Source: an uncultured Pseudomonadales bacterium (GTDB taxonomy: Bacteria > Patescibacteriota > Microgenomatia > UBA1400 > PJMF01). Taken from it: DNA of 64,000 nucleotides. A model generated the notes under the pieces. It was not told the DNA's origin and ran no database searches. It worked only from the letters and a program-made list of their open reading frames with translations. The first letter of the stretch is position 1, and each line of letters starts with the position of its first letter. The translations under genes and the position numbers were made by a program. The DNA is taken from positions 802 to 64,801 of the forward strand of contig CAYTIA010000005.1 in the NCBI GenBank assembly GCA_964437755.1, given 5' to 3'. Below, piece by piece: positions 20,873 to 30,636 of this stretch.

Positions 20873-21637
20873 ATGAAAAACAATATTATTCAGTTTATTA
20901 AACAGGCTTTTACAAACTCTGGCTTGGATCAGGCAATTGTTGGAGTGTCAGGGGGGATTGATAGTGGAGTTGTGTTGAGTTTATTAACGAATGTTTTACC
21001 AATTGATAATATTCATCCAATTTTAATGCCTTACGAAAATCAGGATATGCAAGATGCTTATTTAGTTTGCAACGCACTTGGTTTTTCTAGTGAGATGATT
21101 TCTGTGATCAATATTGAACCAATTGTTCGAGCTGTTGGTGAAACATTAGGAGAAAATCTATCTTCTTTGCGAACTGGGAATATTATGGCTCGTTCCAGGA
21201 TGATGGTTTTATTTGATCAAGCTAAAAAACACGGGGCATTAGTAGTTGGCACTGAAAATAAAACTGAAAATGTGCTTGGATATTTTACTCGCTTTGGTGA
21301 CTCGGCAAGCGATCTTGAGCCGATTGCCAATTTGTACAAAACAGACGTGAGGCAACTGGCTAGAGATTTAAAACTTCCAGAAGAAATAGTAAATAAACCT
21401 CCTAGTGCTGGATTGTGGGCAGGTCAGACTGATGAAACTGAGTTTGGATTTAGTTATGATCAAGCCGATGAACTTTTAGGGCAACTAGAGAATCAAGCAA
21501 TAAATCGGGGGGTTAAAATAATCCAAATAGTTAAAGAAGAACTTTCTAAAGAAATAGATGATGCAGTGAGAAAAAAAATCTTAAAACGTGTAAATGACAA
21601 TTGGTTTAAACAAGAAGTTCCCTATAAAATTGAGTAA
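20873..21637 (+). CDS. nadE: NH3-dependent NAD+ synthetase
   Basis: GVSGGIDS, GNIMARSRM, GTENKTE, GYFTRFGD, PSAGLWAGQTDE. Confidence 0.95.
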   Translation: MKNNIIQFIKQAFTNSGLDQAIVGVSGGIDSGVVLSLLTNVLPIDNIHPILMPYENQDMQDAYLVCNALGFSSEMISVINIEPIVRAVGETLGENLSSLRTGNIMARSRMMVLFDQAKKHGALVVGTENKTENVLGYFTRFGDSASDLEPIANLYKTDVRQLARDLKLPEEIVNKPPSAGLWAGQTDETEFGFSYDQADELLGQLENQAINRGVKIIQIVKEELSKEIDDAVRKKILKRVNDNWFKQEVPYKIE

Positions 21638-21666
21638 ACGACTATTAATAATTAGTTAGTACCTTT

Positions 21667-21780
21667 ATGCCAGAATATACAACAAAACCAGTTACTACAG
21701 CAGATGGCTATTACTCTGATGATGATTTAACACTTGATGATGAACTTGATTTGAGTTTTTTAGACGATGAAGAGGAGTAG
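21667..21780 (+). CDS. Small acidic protein (37 aa)
   Basis: Not in track; MPEYTTKPVTTADGYYSDDDLTLDDELDLSFLDDEEE*, 29 nt after the nadE stop, same strand. Confidence 0.55.
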   Translation: MPEYTTKPVTTADGYYSDDDLTLDDELDLSFLDDEEE

Positions 21781-21863
21781 CTTGTTTGTCTCTAACACTT
21801 TGTAGTAATTCAGATTATCCAAATCATTGCTGATAAGTTTTATCTGTTATAAATTTTTGAATT

Positions 21864-23069
21864 ATGAGAATTGCTCTGGTTGTTCCTCACATCTTTTTTA
21901 ATCAAGAAATATTACCAAATGTAATTTTTTCTCCGGGAGAGTTAGCTACTTCCTTGGCTAGAGGTTTGTCTGAGAGAGGGCATCAAGTTACTGTCTTTAG
22001 TCCTGGATCAGTTGTAAATCTATTATCAAAAGGTTCCTCAATAAAAAATATTAACACAGATCTTTCCTTATTTGAGAAAGAGCTTATTATGCGTGGTGAT
22101 TCTTATCTAGAGTTATTAAAAAAACATCCACTAACCTTTATAACTCTAGCAAGACAGGTACAAACAGAACTGATAGTGCAAGCCTACGCAATGGCAAACC
22201 AAGATGAATTTGATCTTGTTCATATTTGGTGTAACGAAGAAGAACAAGCTTTAGTGCTAGCACAGTTTTGTCAAAAACCGGTGATATTTAACCACCATGA
22301 GCCGTTTAATTTTTTAGCTCGTTACAGAGCAATTTTTCCTAAATATCCACATTTAAACTGGATCTCTTTCTCACAGGTTCAACGAAAAACATTTATTTCA
22401 ACAAATAAAATTAACTGGATAGGTAATGTCTATCATGGTTTAGAGCCTGATTTATATCAATTAAGCAATGAGAAACGAGAGTATCTTTTATATCTTGGAA
22501 GAATAATCCAGCCAAAAGGGGTTCATTATGCAATCTCGGTAGCTAAAAAGATGGGGCTAAAACTGAAAATTGCTGGAAAACACTATACCGGATATAGCAA
22601 GGATAAATATTGGCAAGAGTATATTCAGCCAGAAATAGATGGTAAGCAGATTGAGTATGTGGGTTTTGTTAAAGATCAACAAAAAAAGCAACAATTAATG
22701 AATAAAGCCATAGTACTTCTAATGCCATCAACTTGGCAGGAACCATTCGGATTGGTGATGATTGAGGCATTAGCCTGTGGGACACCGGTAATTGGATTTG
22801 ATCAGGGAGCGATACCTGAGGTTATTAATCATGGAGTGAGTGGCTTTGTTGTTCAGTATCAGGTTGAGCTAGGTGAAAAAAATATTCAGAGTTGGACTCA
22901 GCTCAAGAACGAGAAATGCTTTTTACAAAATGTTAGTCGTTTTGTTGATGCTGTTGGCAAGATTCCCTCAATTAAGCCAAAAGAATGCAGAAATGAATTT
23001 GAAAAAAAATTTACTGTTCAGATCATGGCAAAAAACTATGAAAAAATTTACAAAGATCAGGTTAAATGA
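21864..23069 (+). CDS. Glycosyltransferase family 4
   Basis: YLGRIIQPKG, EPFGLVMIEALACGTPVI. Confidence 0.92.
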   Translation: MRIALVVPHIFFNQEILPNVIFSPGELATSLARGLSERGHQVTVFSPGSVVNLLSKGSSIKNINTDLSLFEKELIMRGDSYLELLKKHPLTFITLARQVQTELIVQAYAMANQDEFDLVHIWCNEEEQALVLAQFCQKPVIFNHHEPFNFLARYRAIFPKYPHLNWISFSQVQRKTFISTNKINWIGNVYHGLEPDLYQLSNEKREYLLYLGRIIQPKGVHYAISVAKKMGLKLKIAGKHYTGYSKDKYWQEYIQPEIDGKQIEYVGFVKDQQKKQQLMNKAIVLLMPSTWQEPFGLVMIEALACGTPVIGFDQGAIPEVINHGVSGFVVQYQVELGEKNIQSWTQLKNEKCFLQNVSRFVDAVGKIPSIKPKECRNEFEKKFTVQIMAKNYEKIYKDQVK

Positions 23070-23859
23070 TTACTAAATCTGCTTTAATATGTGGATGTGA
23101 GTTGTAGTTTTCAAGCTTAAAATCTTCAATGGTGAATTTATCGATGTCTTTTATTTCAGGATTAATTGCTATTTTTGGTAGGTGATAAGGCTTGCGTCTT
23201 AGTTGCTCTTTTGCAGGTTCAAGATGATTGGTATAGATATGAAGGTCACCAATGGTGTGAACAAACTCGCGAGCCTCTAGTCCTGTAACTTGAGCCACCA
23301 TCATCAATAATAGAGAATATTGAGTGATGTTAAATGGTAATCCTAAGAATGCATCAGCGCTTCGCTGATAAAGTTGCATTCTTAACTTTCCTTTGGTCAC
23401 GTTAAATTGATAAAAAGTGTGGCAAGGAGGAAGACGCATCTCTTCAAGCTGGGCGGGATTCCAGGCGGAAACAAGCATGGCTTTTGAATCTGGCTGAGTT
23501 TTTATCTCTTCAATTACATTTTTCAGCTGATCAATATGCCCACCTTTGTAGTCTGGCCATCTTCTCCATTGATAACCATAAACTGGCCCCAGGTCTCCAT
23601 TCTCATCAGCAAACCCATCCCAATAATGAATCTTTTTTTCTTGAAGTGATTTAATGTTTGTATCTCCGGAAATAAACCAAAGTAACTCGTTAGTCATGAG
23701 CTTAAATGGCATTTTTTTGGTAGTTAAAATTGGAAAACCCTTGCGTAGATCAAAGCGCATTTGATAGCCGAAAGTACTTTTGATAGGGTGAATTCCTCTG
23801 GTACCCTTAGATTTACCATTTTTTACAACGTGGGCTAGAGCTTTTAAGTATTGGATCAT
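23062..23859 (-). CDS. thyA: Thymidylate synthase
   Basis: ELLWFISG, LGPVYGYQWR, LPPCH, YQRSAD..LGLPFN. Confidence 0.97.
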   Translation of the reverse strand: MIQYLKALAHVVKNGKSKGTRGIHPIKSTFGYQMRFDLRKGFPILTTKKMPFKLMTNELLWFISGDTNIKSLQEKKIHYWDGFADENGDLGPVYGYQWRRWPDYKGGHIDQLKNVIEEIKTQPDSKAMLVSAWNPAQLEEMRLPPCHTFYQFNVTKGKLRMQLYQRSADAFLGLPFNITQYSLLLMMVAQVTGLEAREFVHTIGDLHIYTNHLEPAKEQLRRKPYHLPKIAINPEIKDIDKFTIEDFKLENYNSHPHIKADLVII

Positions 23860-23887
23860 GTGTTTAATCTATCATCTTCTTTAATAC

Positions 23888-23916
23888 TTGACAATCAGTT
23901 ATTTTGGGTATATATT
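23888..23916 (+). promoter_or_regulatory. Putative sigma70 promoter
   Basis: TTGACA-17 nt-TATATT; AGGAGG RBS at 23971-23976. Confidence 0.6.
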
Positions 23917-23980
23917 CATAACCATCAGAGATATATCTGTGAAATACTCTGAAAATATTATTTAATAACAAGGAGGTTTT

Positions 23981-24238
23981 ATGCCAAATTTTGATCAAAC
24001 AGGACCTACAGGAGCTGGTCCAAGAACTGGTAGAGGAAGAGGGGGTTGCATTTCTGGCTATGGAGTAGGATATGGATATGGATATGGATGTGGGTGTGGC
24101 TGTGGAAGAGGAATGGGAATGGGTCGATTTGTTTCGCCAAAGAATCAACTAATGGCTCTTAAGGAACAGGAAGAGATGCTAACTGAAGAGTTAGAAGTTT
24201 TGAGAGAAGAAATCTCTTCTCTTGAAAAATCAGCTTAG
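23981..24238 (+). CDS. DUF5320-family Gly-rich protein
   Basis: MPNFDQTGPTGAGPRTGRGRGGC N-terminus, Gly-rich middle, C-terminal coiled coil; strong RBS. Confidence 0.8.
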   Translation: MPNFDQTGPTGAGPRTGRGRGGCISGYGVGYGYGYGCGCGCGRGMGMGRFVSPKNQLMALKEQEEMLTEELEVLREEISSLEKSA

Positions 24239-24266
24239 AAGATAGGTTTTAATAAGACGAATTTTG

Positions 24267-24295
24267 CCAGCAACACAAAAAGTGTTGCTGGTTTT
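24267..24295 (+). terminator. Intrinsic terminator
   Basis: CCAGCAACAC-aaaaa-GTGTTGCTGG 10-bp stem followed by TTTT. Confidence 0.75.
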
Positions 24296-24325
24296 CTGTT
24301 AGACTAGACCGTATAAAATATACAT

Positions 24326-24610
24326 ATGCCTCGTCCAAGATCACAAAAATCAATACGTTTTAAGCCAAGCGCTACCTTTTTTAAACCGCGTGGAGTGCCA
24401 ATGCGTGATCTTGAGGTGGTGAAGTTATCTCCTGAAGAAGTTGAGGTATTACGTTTAAAAAATATGGAAGATCTTTGCCAGCATGGGTGTGCTTGCCAAA
24501 TGAACACTTCTCAAAGCACTGTGCAGAGGTTGCTCTCTTCAGCGTACTCAAAAATTACTCAAGCCATTATTGAGGGAAAAGCATTAGAGATTGAGGAGAA
24601 GACTATATAA
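24326..24610 (+). CDS. DUF134 (UPF0251) DNA-binding protein
   Basis: MPRPR...FKPRG...EEVEVLRL...MNTSQSTVQRLL..A..KI..AIIEGK. Confidence 0.85.
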   Translation: MPRPRSQKSIRFKPSATFFKPRGVPMRDLEVVKLSPEEVEVLRLKNMEDLCQHGCACQMNTSQSTVQRLLSSAYSKITQAIIEGKALEIEEKTI

Positions 24611-24765
24611 ATAATATTTATTAGATATTTATATATCTCAATGTATCTATTGCAGGATAAGGCTGATATCTCAATATAATTTTTTTGCGTGAAAGATTTG
24701 CTTCAAAGTAATAAAAAAGATATAATTTTCAGAGTCTTAATTAATTTTTTTATTTGAAAAAAAAT

Positions 24766-27700
24766 ATGTCCACAGAAAATTCTCCATCACCAGCATCACA
24801 AAGAGAAAAACTTGCTCATGAAACGCTGGGGCCAGACTTTAAGCCAGCTCCAATATCGGTAACTACTTGGACTGGTGGTCGTGAAGAAAACCAAGATGCA
24901 TTTTTTTCATTTGCAGTTATGCCAGAGTCTTACTATGATCGAGATCTAAATGAAAAAGAAAACTTGAAGGCTTTATCAGCTGCTGGGTATGAGTTGGTGA
25001 TGGTTGCTGACGGTATGGGAGGACATCAGGGTGGTGCAGAGGCTTCAAAAGTATTGACTCAGACAGTAATGAGGGTGTTTGCCGGTGAATTCGCTAGATA
25101 TTATGCTCAAACAACAAATAAGTCTTTAGCGACTGCCTCTCCAGAAGAAATCCAACAGTTTGTTAGAGATAAAATGCCGGTTTATAATTTGAAATCTTTG
25201 CTTAGGTATGCTATTGTTGAGGGCAACAAAAGCATTCAGGGTGTTGCTGGTTATGCAGAAGCTAGCAAAAAACCAGGATCGACTATTGTGGCTTCTTTTT
25301 TTGATCGCAACACAAACAAACATGTAATTGCTAACGTAGGGGATTCAAGAGCTCAGAAGATCACTCAAGGGGGTAAGCTAGAGCAGGTTACTGAAGATCA
25401 TTCAGTGGTTCAAAGATTATTAAAGGCGAAAGTAATTACAGAGGAAGAGGCACAAAGGCATCCAGCACGAAATGAAATATACCGCTCTTTAAATGGTCAA
25501 AAAATTGAAAAACCAGTTGAATATATTGACACTTTCGAAGTTCAGCTTAAACCAGGAGAAGTATTGATCTTGAACTCCGATGGATTAGAGGTCTTATCAA
25601 GAGATGAGATTGAAAAAGTAGTTAAAGAAGCCAAGAAGGATGGTACAACCATAGATCGGGCTTTAGTTGCTGCGGTTGACAGAAAACAACTTTTAGCGCT
25701 TGCCGAAAAAATTGAGTTTTCAGGTTTGCTTACAAGTGAAGAAATCAAAAAAATCTTTGAAGAGAATGCTCATCAAATGAAAAATAGTGAATTAGCGAAG
25801 CTTCTTTTTGAGAAAGTTGAGGAGGCTAGAAGAGAGGCAATTTATCAAGAATTAAGGGCTATTAATGTCCCTGGTTGGGTAAATAAACCTACTTTAGCCG
25901 AAAAGCTAAGAAAGGGAGAGGTTATTGCTGATGCAGTCATAGGTGAAGCACAGCAGTTAGCTAATGAAGGAACCATTGAGAAAAGCGATGTTAACCATTT
26001 ACTAAATGGTAAGAAATTTAGAAAAATCGAAGGCTACAATCATGACAATATTACTGTTATAATTATTGGCGAGGTAAAAAATACTTTTGGAACTGAATTA
26101 ATAAACAGGGCAAAATCTCTTTGGGATTCAGTTATCAATCTCTTCATAGGCAAAGATAAAAAAACTTCACCAGCAACTCCTACTGCTCAATCACCTGAGC
26201 AAGCTGATGCTAAACCAGAAAAAACTGGTTCATTGGCAAAGGTTTGGAAATGGTTAATAAGCTGGAAAGAGAGACGTGCCGCAAAACGATCAGCTGCAGA
26301 AATCAGAACTGCTTCTCAATCTCCAGAAGTGAGTACAGGTTTAACTGTTGAACAATCAATTCAAGCTTTATTGGCAATACTTAAAACACAAGATCGAAAT
26401 TTATTATTAAAGCTAGGGTTAATTAAAAATACACAAGAAGAGGATGATGATTCTGAGGCAGGGGGCTTGGCTGATTTTGTGAATGAGTTAAGTAGGGATC
26501 AAGCTGAGACCATTCAAAACAGAGAAAAAATTACTGATTTAGAAGCAAGAATTGAAGAGAATAGGCAAGCAGAGCGAGATATAGCAACTGAAGTTCATAA
26601 CTACTTAATATCTCTTTATGGTCATAATTATTTAAATCATCTTAGTCAAGATAATCGTGTTTATATAAACAGGTGTAATCAAGATATTCTTGGTATTAGA
26701 GCTATTCGCGCTGATCTCGAAAGAGAACTTGAACAAGCTAGGCAAGAGATGGGTGAAACAGATTCTTCCGTAAAAGAACTTACTATTGATGGTTTAGCAT
26801 TTAATCCAAAACGCAGAAGACAAGTAAAATTAGCTCTAGAAAGAGTGATTTCTAGCAATGAAGATGAAACTAAAGTAGCCAATATTAGAGACGCTTTGCA
26901 AAAGCATTTGCATGCTCTTGAGGCTAGTGCCTGGAAACCATTTGAAAAACTACAGCAGAAACCACTTTTCATGAAGATAAAAGGTATTTTCGAGAAGTTA
27001 AGTGGCTATACAAAAACTCAATGGGAAAATAGACCAAGGACGGTTGCAGAATGGAAAGACAGAGCGAGAGATAAGTCTATCGAGCGTTGGGAAAAACGAA
27101 AAGATAGCTATAACAAAAAGGAGCAAGTTTGGAGAACTAGTCTTAATTTGGAGTCAGTTACCCCAGAAGAATTAACAGCCTGGGAATTAGCACTAAGAAA
27201 AGGTCAGACTCTTGAAGCTAGGCAAGTGGTAGCTTTAGTTCTTGAACAGAGAGTTGGCTCAATTCCAGAGTTGAATAAACATAAAAAAGTTCTTAGAGAA
27301 GCGGGAATTGATTTGCAGCATGATTTAATGGATTGGCTCAGATTCCAGTGGGAGAAAAAGTTAACTGATGAGAGAATTGAGGCTGATGAAAATGTCAGAA
27401 AACTAAAAGAAGCAAAAGCTAACTCCCCTGAAGCAAGAAAAGAACTAAGAAAAGCAATTGTAGCACAGACAGAAGCTTATCTTAAATGGCTTAATTTGAA
27501 GGTTTATGATCATGTTAAAAAATCTGCTATTTTGGAAGCACAACTTGATCGATTTGGCAGACCAAATGCTACGGGCATAGCGAAAGAAGACATTGAAGGA
27601 ACTGGATGGCGGGGTTTGGTTAATAACCTTAAGAGATATATGTCTATGCCAAAGATGACAGCAGGACAAAGAGACGTGGCTTACTACGTCACCTATTTTC

Positions 27701-28833
27701 CATCTATGATTGGATTGCTAACTGCTCCAGGTTTAACTGCAGGAGCAAAAAACGTCATCATGGGAGTAACCTCTGGAGTGAGTGTTGGCGGTGAAGTAAT
27801 TAAACAAAGAATTGAGGCTCAATATGGAGGAGACAGTGAGGCATACTGGGAGAGTTTGCGTGCCAAAGAGGGTTTAAGTAGCAAAGTAATTTTTGCTCTT
27901 CAGAGGATAGCTGTTTCCAAAGCTGTCCAAAGTGTTAGAGATGGTATATCTGGAGGTGCAATGGCAGCTCAGGTCAGCAGTCTTCTTGGATTTGACACTT
28001 TTGCCTATCAGCTAAGAGAAAGTATTGATCGTGCTGCGCAGGGATTGAGTGGAGAACTTCCTGCTGATTTACAGGAGATTGTTGATCAACATCCAGAAAT
28101 TGTTTCTGAAATGGAAGATCTTCAGGCAGAACTCGATAGAGTCACTGAAGAAGCAGCACAACAAGCTGATTCACTTCGAGATGAATTAAGCGACGCTCAA
28201 CAAGCTGCAAAAGATTTGGAAGTGGAACTTGGTGACGCTCAACAAGCTGCAAAAGATTTGGAAGCTGAGCTTGAAAGGAAGGCTCAAGAGTTGCTCAAAG
28301 AGCAAGAAAAAGTAGCAGAGGCTGCCAAAGAAGCTGCTGAGCGTTCAGCTGCTGCTCAAGTAACTGAAGAAGCTGCTGTCGAAGCGGCCAAAGAAGTTAC
28401 TTCTAAGGCAGTTTCTCATTTGCCAGAAGCTCTTGCTGACTATGGTGATCAAGTAGTGCAGATGAAAGGAGGTGATTTTCTAGGAGATGTCTCTGCTTTA
28501 TGGACGGCTAACAGAAACCTTTCGGCTGAACTAGATCCAGCAAATAATGCTAACTCAATGGCGGGGTTTTTAACAAGAGCCTTTAGAGCACTAAACCCAG
28601 GAGTTGATCCAGCCAAACTTGATCCTGAAAAAACTTATAACTTCTTAACTGAAGAAGCAGTTAAAGCCTTGTTGCCAGAAATTAGAGCTGCTGAAAAGGC
28701 TGTTCTTGAAAGAGGTATCCAGAGTCTTGATTTACCTCAGCAATTAATGGCTGCGGGAATCGATGGATTTACTCATCCTACCTTTAATGATGAGCAATTA
28801 GCTTTAGTGTTAGAAACTGTTCTAAATAAATAA
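24766..28833 (+). CDS. Giant PP2C-family Ser/Thr phosphatase fused to long coiled-coil regions and a possible LysM-like C-terminus
   Basis: REENQDA, VADGMGGHQGG, GST, NVGDSR, TEDHS, NSDGL and HDNITV motifs; ATG 24766 (track start TTG 24754). Confidence 0.85.
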   Translation: MSTENSPSPASQREKLAHETLGPDFKPAPISVTTWTGGREENQDAFFSFAVMPESYYDRDLNEKENLKALSAAGYELVMVADGMGGHQGGAEASKVLTQTVMRVFAGEFARYYAQTTNKSLATASPEEIQQFVRDKMPVYNLKSLLRYAIVEGNKSIQGVAGYAEASKKPGSTIVASFFDRNTNKHVIANVGDSRAQKITQGGKLEQVTEDHSVVQRLLKAKVITEEEAQRHPARNEIYRSLNGQKIEKPVEYIDTFEVQLKPGEVLILNSDGLEVLSRDEIEKVVKEAKKDGTTIDRALVAAVDRKQLLALAEKIEFSGLLTSEEIKKIFEENAHQMKNSELAKLLFEKVEEARREAIYQELRAINVPGWVNKPTLAEKLRKGEVIADAVIGEAQQLANEGTIEKSDVNHLLNGKKFRKIEGYNHDNITVIIIGEVKNTFGTELINRAKSLWDSVINLFIGKDKKTSPATPTAQSPEQADAKPEKTGSLAKVWKWLISWKERRAAKRSAAEIRTASQSPEVSTGLTVEQSIQALLAILKTQDRNLLLKLGLIKNTQEEDDDSEAGGLADFVNELSRDQAETIQNREKITDLEARIEENRQAERDIATEVHNYLISLYGHNYLNHLSQDNRVYINRCNQDILGIRAIRADLERELEQARQEMGETDSSVKELTIDGLAFNPKRRRQVKLALERVISSNEDETKVANIRDALQKHLHALEASAWKPFEKLQQKPLFMKIKGIFEKLSGYTKTQWENRPRTVAEWKDRARDKSIERWEKRKDSYNKKEQVWRTSLNLESVTPEELTAWELALRKGQTLEARQVVALVLEQRVGSIPELNKHKKVLREAGIDLQHDLMDWLRFQWEKKLTDERIEADENVRKLKEAKANSPEARKELRKAIVAQTEAYLKWLNLKVYDHVKKSAILEAQLDRFGRPNATGIAKEDIEGTGWRGLVNNLKRYMSMPKMTAGQRDVAYYVTYFPSMIGLLTAPGLTAGAKNVIMGVTSGVSVGGEVIKQRIEAQYGGDSEAYWESLRAKEGLSSKVIFALQRIAVSKAVQSVRDGISGGAMAAQVSSLLGFDTFAYQLRESIDRAAQGLSGELPADLQEIVDQHPEIVSEMEDLQAELDRVTEEAAQQADSLRDELSDAQQAAKDLEVELGDAQQAAKDLEAELERKAQELLKEQEKVAEAAKEAAERSAAAQVTEEAAVEAAKEVTSKAVSHLPEALADYGDQVVQMKGGDFLGDVSALWTANRNLSAELDPANNANSMAGFLTRAFRALNPGVDPAKLDPEKTYNFLTEEAVKALLPEIRAAEKAVLERGIQSLDLPQQLMAAGIDGFTHPTFNDEQLALVLETVLNK
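28192..28264 (+). repeat. Tandem 42-nt-period repeat in a coiled coil
   Basis: gacgctcaacaagctgcaaaagatttggaag at 28192-28222 and 28234-28264 (DAQQAAKDLE twice). Confidence 0.9.
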
Positions 28834-28859
28834 ATACCAATAATTAAATAAAACTGCCT

Positions 28860-29159
28860 ATGTCAAAAATCTCAGATCTAATAAAAATGATGCGGGATGA
28901 TGGAGTTGAGGAGGAAGAAATAACACTTGCTTTGGAAGAAATGACAAAATCAACTGCAATGGAACTATTTACTCATTTATTATCCTTGATCAGCAAAGAT
29001 GAGGCAGAGCTGTTGGATGCAGTTGCAGATGATCAAGAAAGAGTTGATCAGTTAGTTGACGAGATGTATCAAAAGTATGAGGGGAAAACTACAGCACAAG
29101 CTGTTGATGAGATGAACGCTCGTTTTATTGAGGCTTTTTTAGATGGTTACGGCGCTTAA
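28860..29159 (+). CDS. Small acidic helical hypothetical protein
   Basis: 99-aa D/E-rich ORF 26 nt after the giant PP2C gene. Confidence 0.75.
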   Translation: MSKISDLIKMMRDDGVEEEEITLALEEMTKSTAMELFTHLLSLISKDEAELLDAVADDQERVDQLVDEMYQKYEGKTTAQAVDEMNARFIEAFLDGYGA

Positions 29160-30085
29160 GCCTTATATTGTCTAATGCTTTTACCAGCTTTTTCAAGGAT
29201 AGTTATTGCGTAGTTGTTTGAGTGTGAATCTTTATAAACTATTTCTTTTATTTCTGTTCGGGCTAACATTCTGCTACAAATGGGGCAAGGCATTAGGTTT
29301 ATATAGAGTGAACAACCTTCGAGTTTTATCTCTCTTTTAGCGGCTTCAAGAATAATTTCTACCTCAGCGTGATTGGTATCATAATAATTTAGATCTTGTG
29401 AGGGAGTTCGATACCTTTCTTTGCTGGCTCCGTGCAGAAGGGCATAGGTTTCAAAGGGCACAATTTTATTGTAAGTAGCTAATAAAAATTGATCGTTTTT
29501 GGTTAAGACAGCACCTGTCTGCCAAGTATTGTCAAAAGAGTAGCTTGCAACTTCATCGACTAATTGAAAAATCTTTTTTTTTGAGCAGTTTTCGCCAAAA
29601 TTTATAGAAAGAGCTGGTCTTGTTTTAAGAATTTTCGCTTCATACTGCAGAGCTTCGGCTTCATCTGCAAAGGCACTCACAAATTTTAATGGAATTTTAA
29701 GTTTCTTGATTGTTTGATATTCCTCTCGATAATGAAAAGCTCGATGCCAAGAGCCATTAATACCAATAACTGCTGACCAGTTATGATTGGCGATGATTGT
29801 CGATATATGAGTTTGAGGATATTCCAAAATATTAATCCTAGAGTTATCAAGTTGTTCTAGGCTTTCTTTAAGTTTTTTTATCGTAAGAGTTCTAAACTGT
29901 GGAGAGTTTTCCAATCCTTTAATAAATTCTTCTGTAAATACTCCCCAAACAATTTTTCTATCAGTATTTTTTAATAATTGACTGGAAAGTTGAATAATTC
30001 TTTCTGAAGAGATTTCTCGAGAACCCAATATTAGGATGGGAGAACTTTCAATCTCACTTAGACCTTGCCATGAAATAATTTTCAT
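29156..30085 (-). CDS. dCMP/cytidine deaminase-family protein with extra N-terminal domain
   Basis: HAE and PCPIC zinc motifs in the C-terminal half. Confidence 0.85.
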   Translation of the reverse strand: MKIISWQGLSEIESSPILILGSREISSERIIQLSSQLLKNTDRKIVWGVFTEEFIKGLENSPQFRTLTIKKLKESLEQLDNSRINILEYPQTHISTIIANHNWSAVIGINGSWHRAFHYREEYQTIKKLKIPLKFVSAFADEAEALQYEAKILKTRPALSINFGENCSKKKIFQLVDEVASYSFDNTWQTGAVLTKNDQFLLATYNKIVPFETYALLHGASKERYRTPSQDLNYYDTNHAEVEIILEAAKREIKLEGCSLYINLMPCPICSRMLARTEIKEIVYKDSHSNNYAITILEKAGKSIRQYKA

Positions 30086-30621
30086 TATTTATTGTTTATT
30101 GAACCACCTTGATATTTTTCTTTGTATCTCTGGAGAGTTTTCTTGATTAATTCCGACTGTTTCTTGTAAAGAGCTATATTTTCGAGCGGAGTATGTTTAA
30201 GCTGTTGATAGTTCCAGCTACAAAGCTCCGGATGATTAAAAGGGATAAACTGTACATGAAGATGATCTGTAACGCTCATTTGGGCTTGTTCACCACCTTC
30301 ACGAATTAAGGTCCACATCCCTCTACAACCATGAATTTTTTTGATTAATTTTTTAGCTAGATAACTGTATTTTCTGATAGTTTCCCATTGAGCTGAAGAC
30401 AATTCTTTGGGCGAACTAATATGCTGACGGGGAATAGCCATTAGCTGTCCGTCGGTATATGGATAAAGATTCACCGTTAAAACGATCTCATTTTCCTCTA
30501 GCAAGATATACTTTTTTTTAAGATCACAAAATACACATTTACCAGTATTTTGCCAGATTTTCTCATACTCTCCAGTCGTCCTGGCATTCTTCTTATACTG
30601 CTGATCCTGTGTGTGATTCAT
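30085..30621 (-). CDS. HIT-family nucleotide hydrolase/transferase
   Basis: CVFC, NLYPYTDGQLMAIPRQH, HLHVQ; 1-nt stop/start overlap with the deaminase. Confidence 0.8.
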   Translation of the reverse strand: MNHTQDQQYKKNARTTGEYEKIWQNTGKCVFCDLKKKYILLEENEIVLTVNLYPYTDGQLMAIPRQHISSPKELSSAQWETIRKYSYLAKKLIKKIHGCRGMWTLIREGGEQAQMSVTDHLHVQFIPFNHPELCSWNYQQLKHTPLENIALYKKQSELIKKTLQRYKEKYQGGSINNK

Positions 30622-30636
30622 AACAACATTTGTTTA

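Noticed and set aside
24059-24125. GGATAT tandem repeats as a contingency locus
   Set aside because: In-frame hexamers encoding Gly-Tyr repeats typical of DUF5320 proteins
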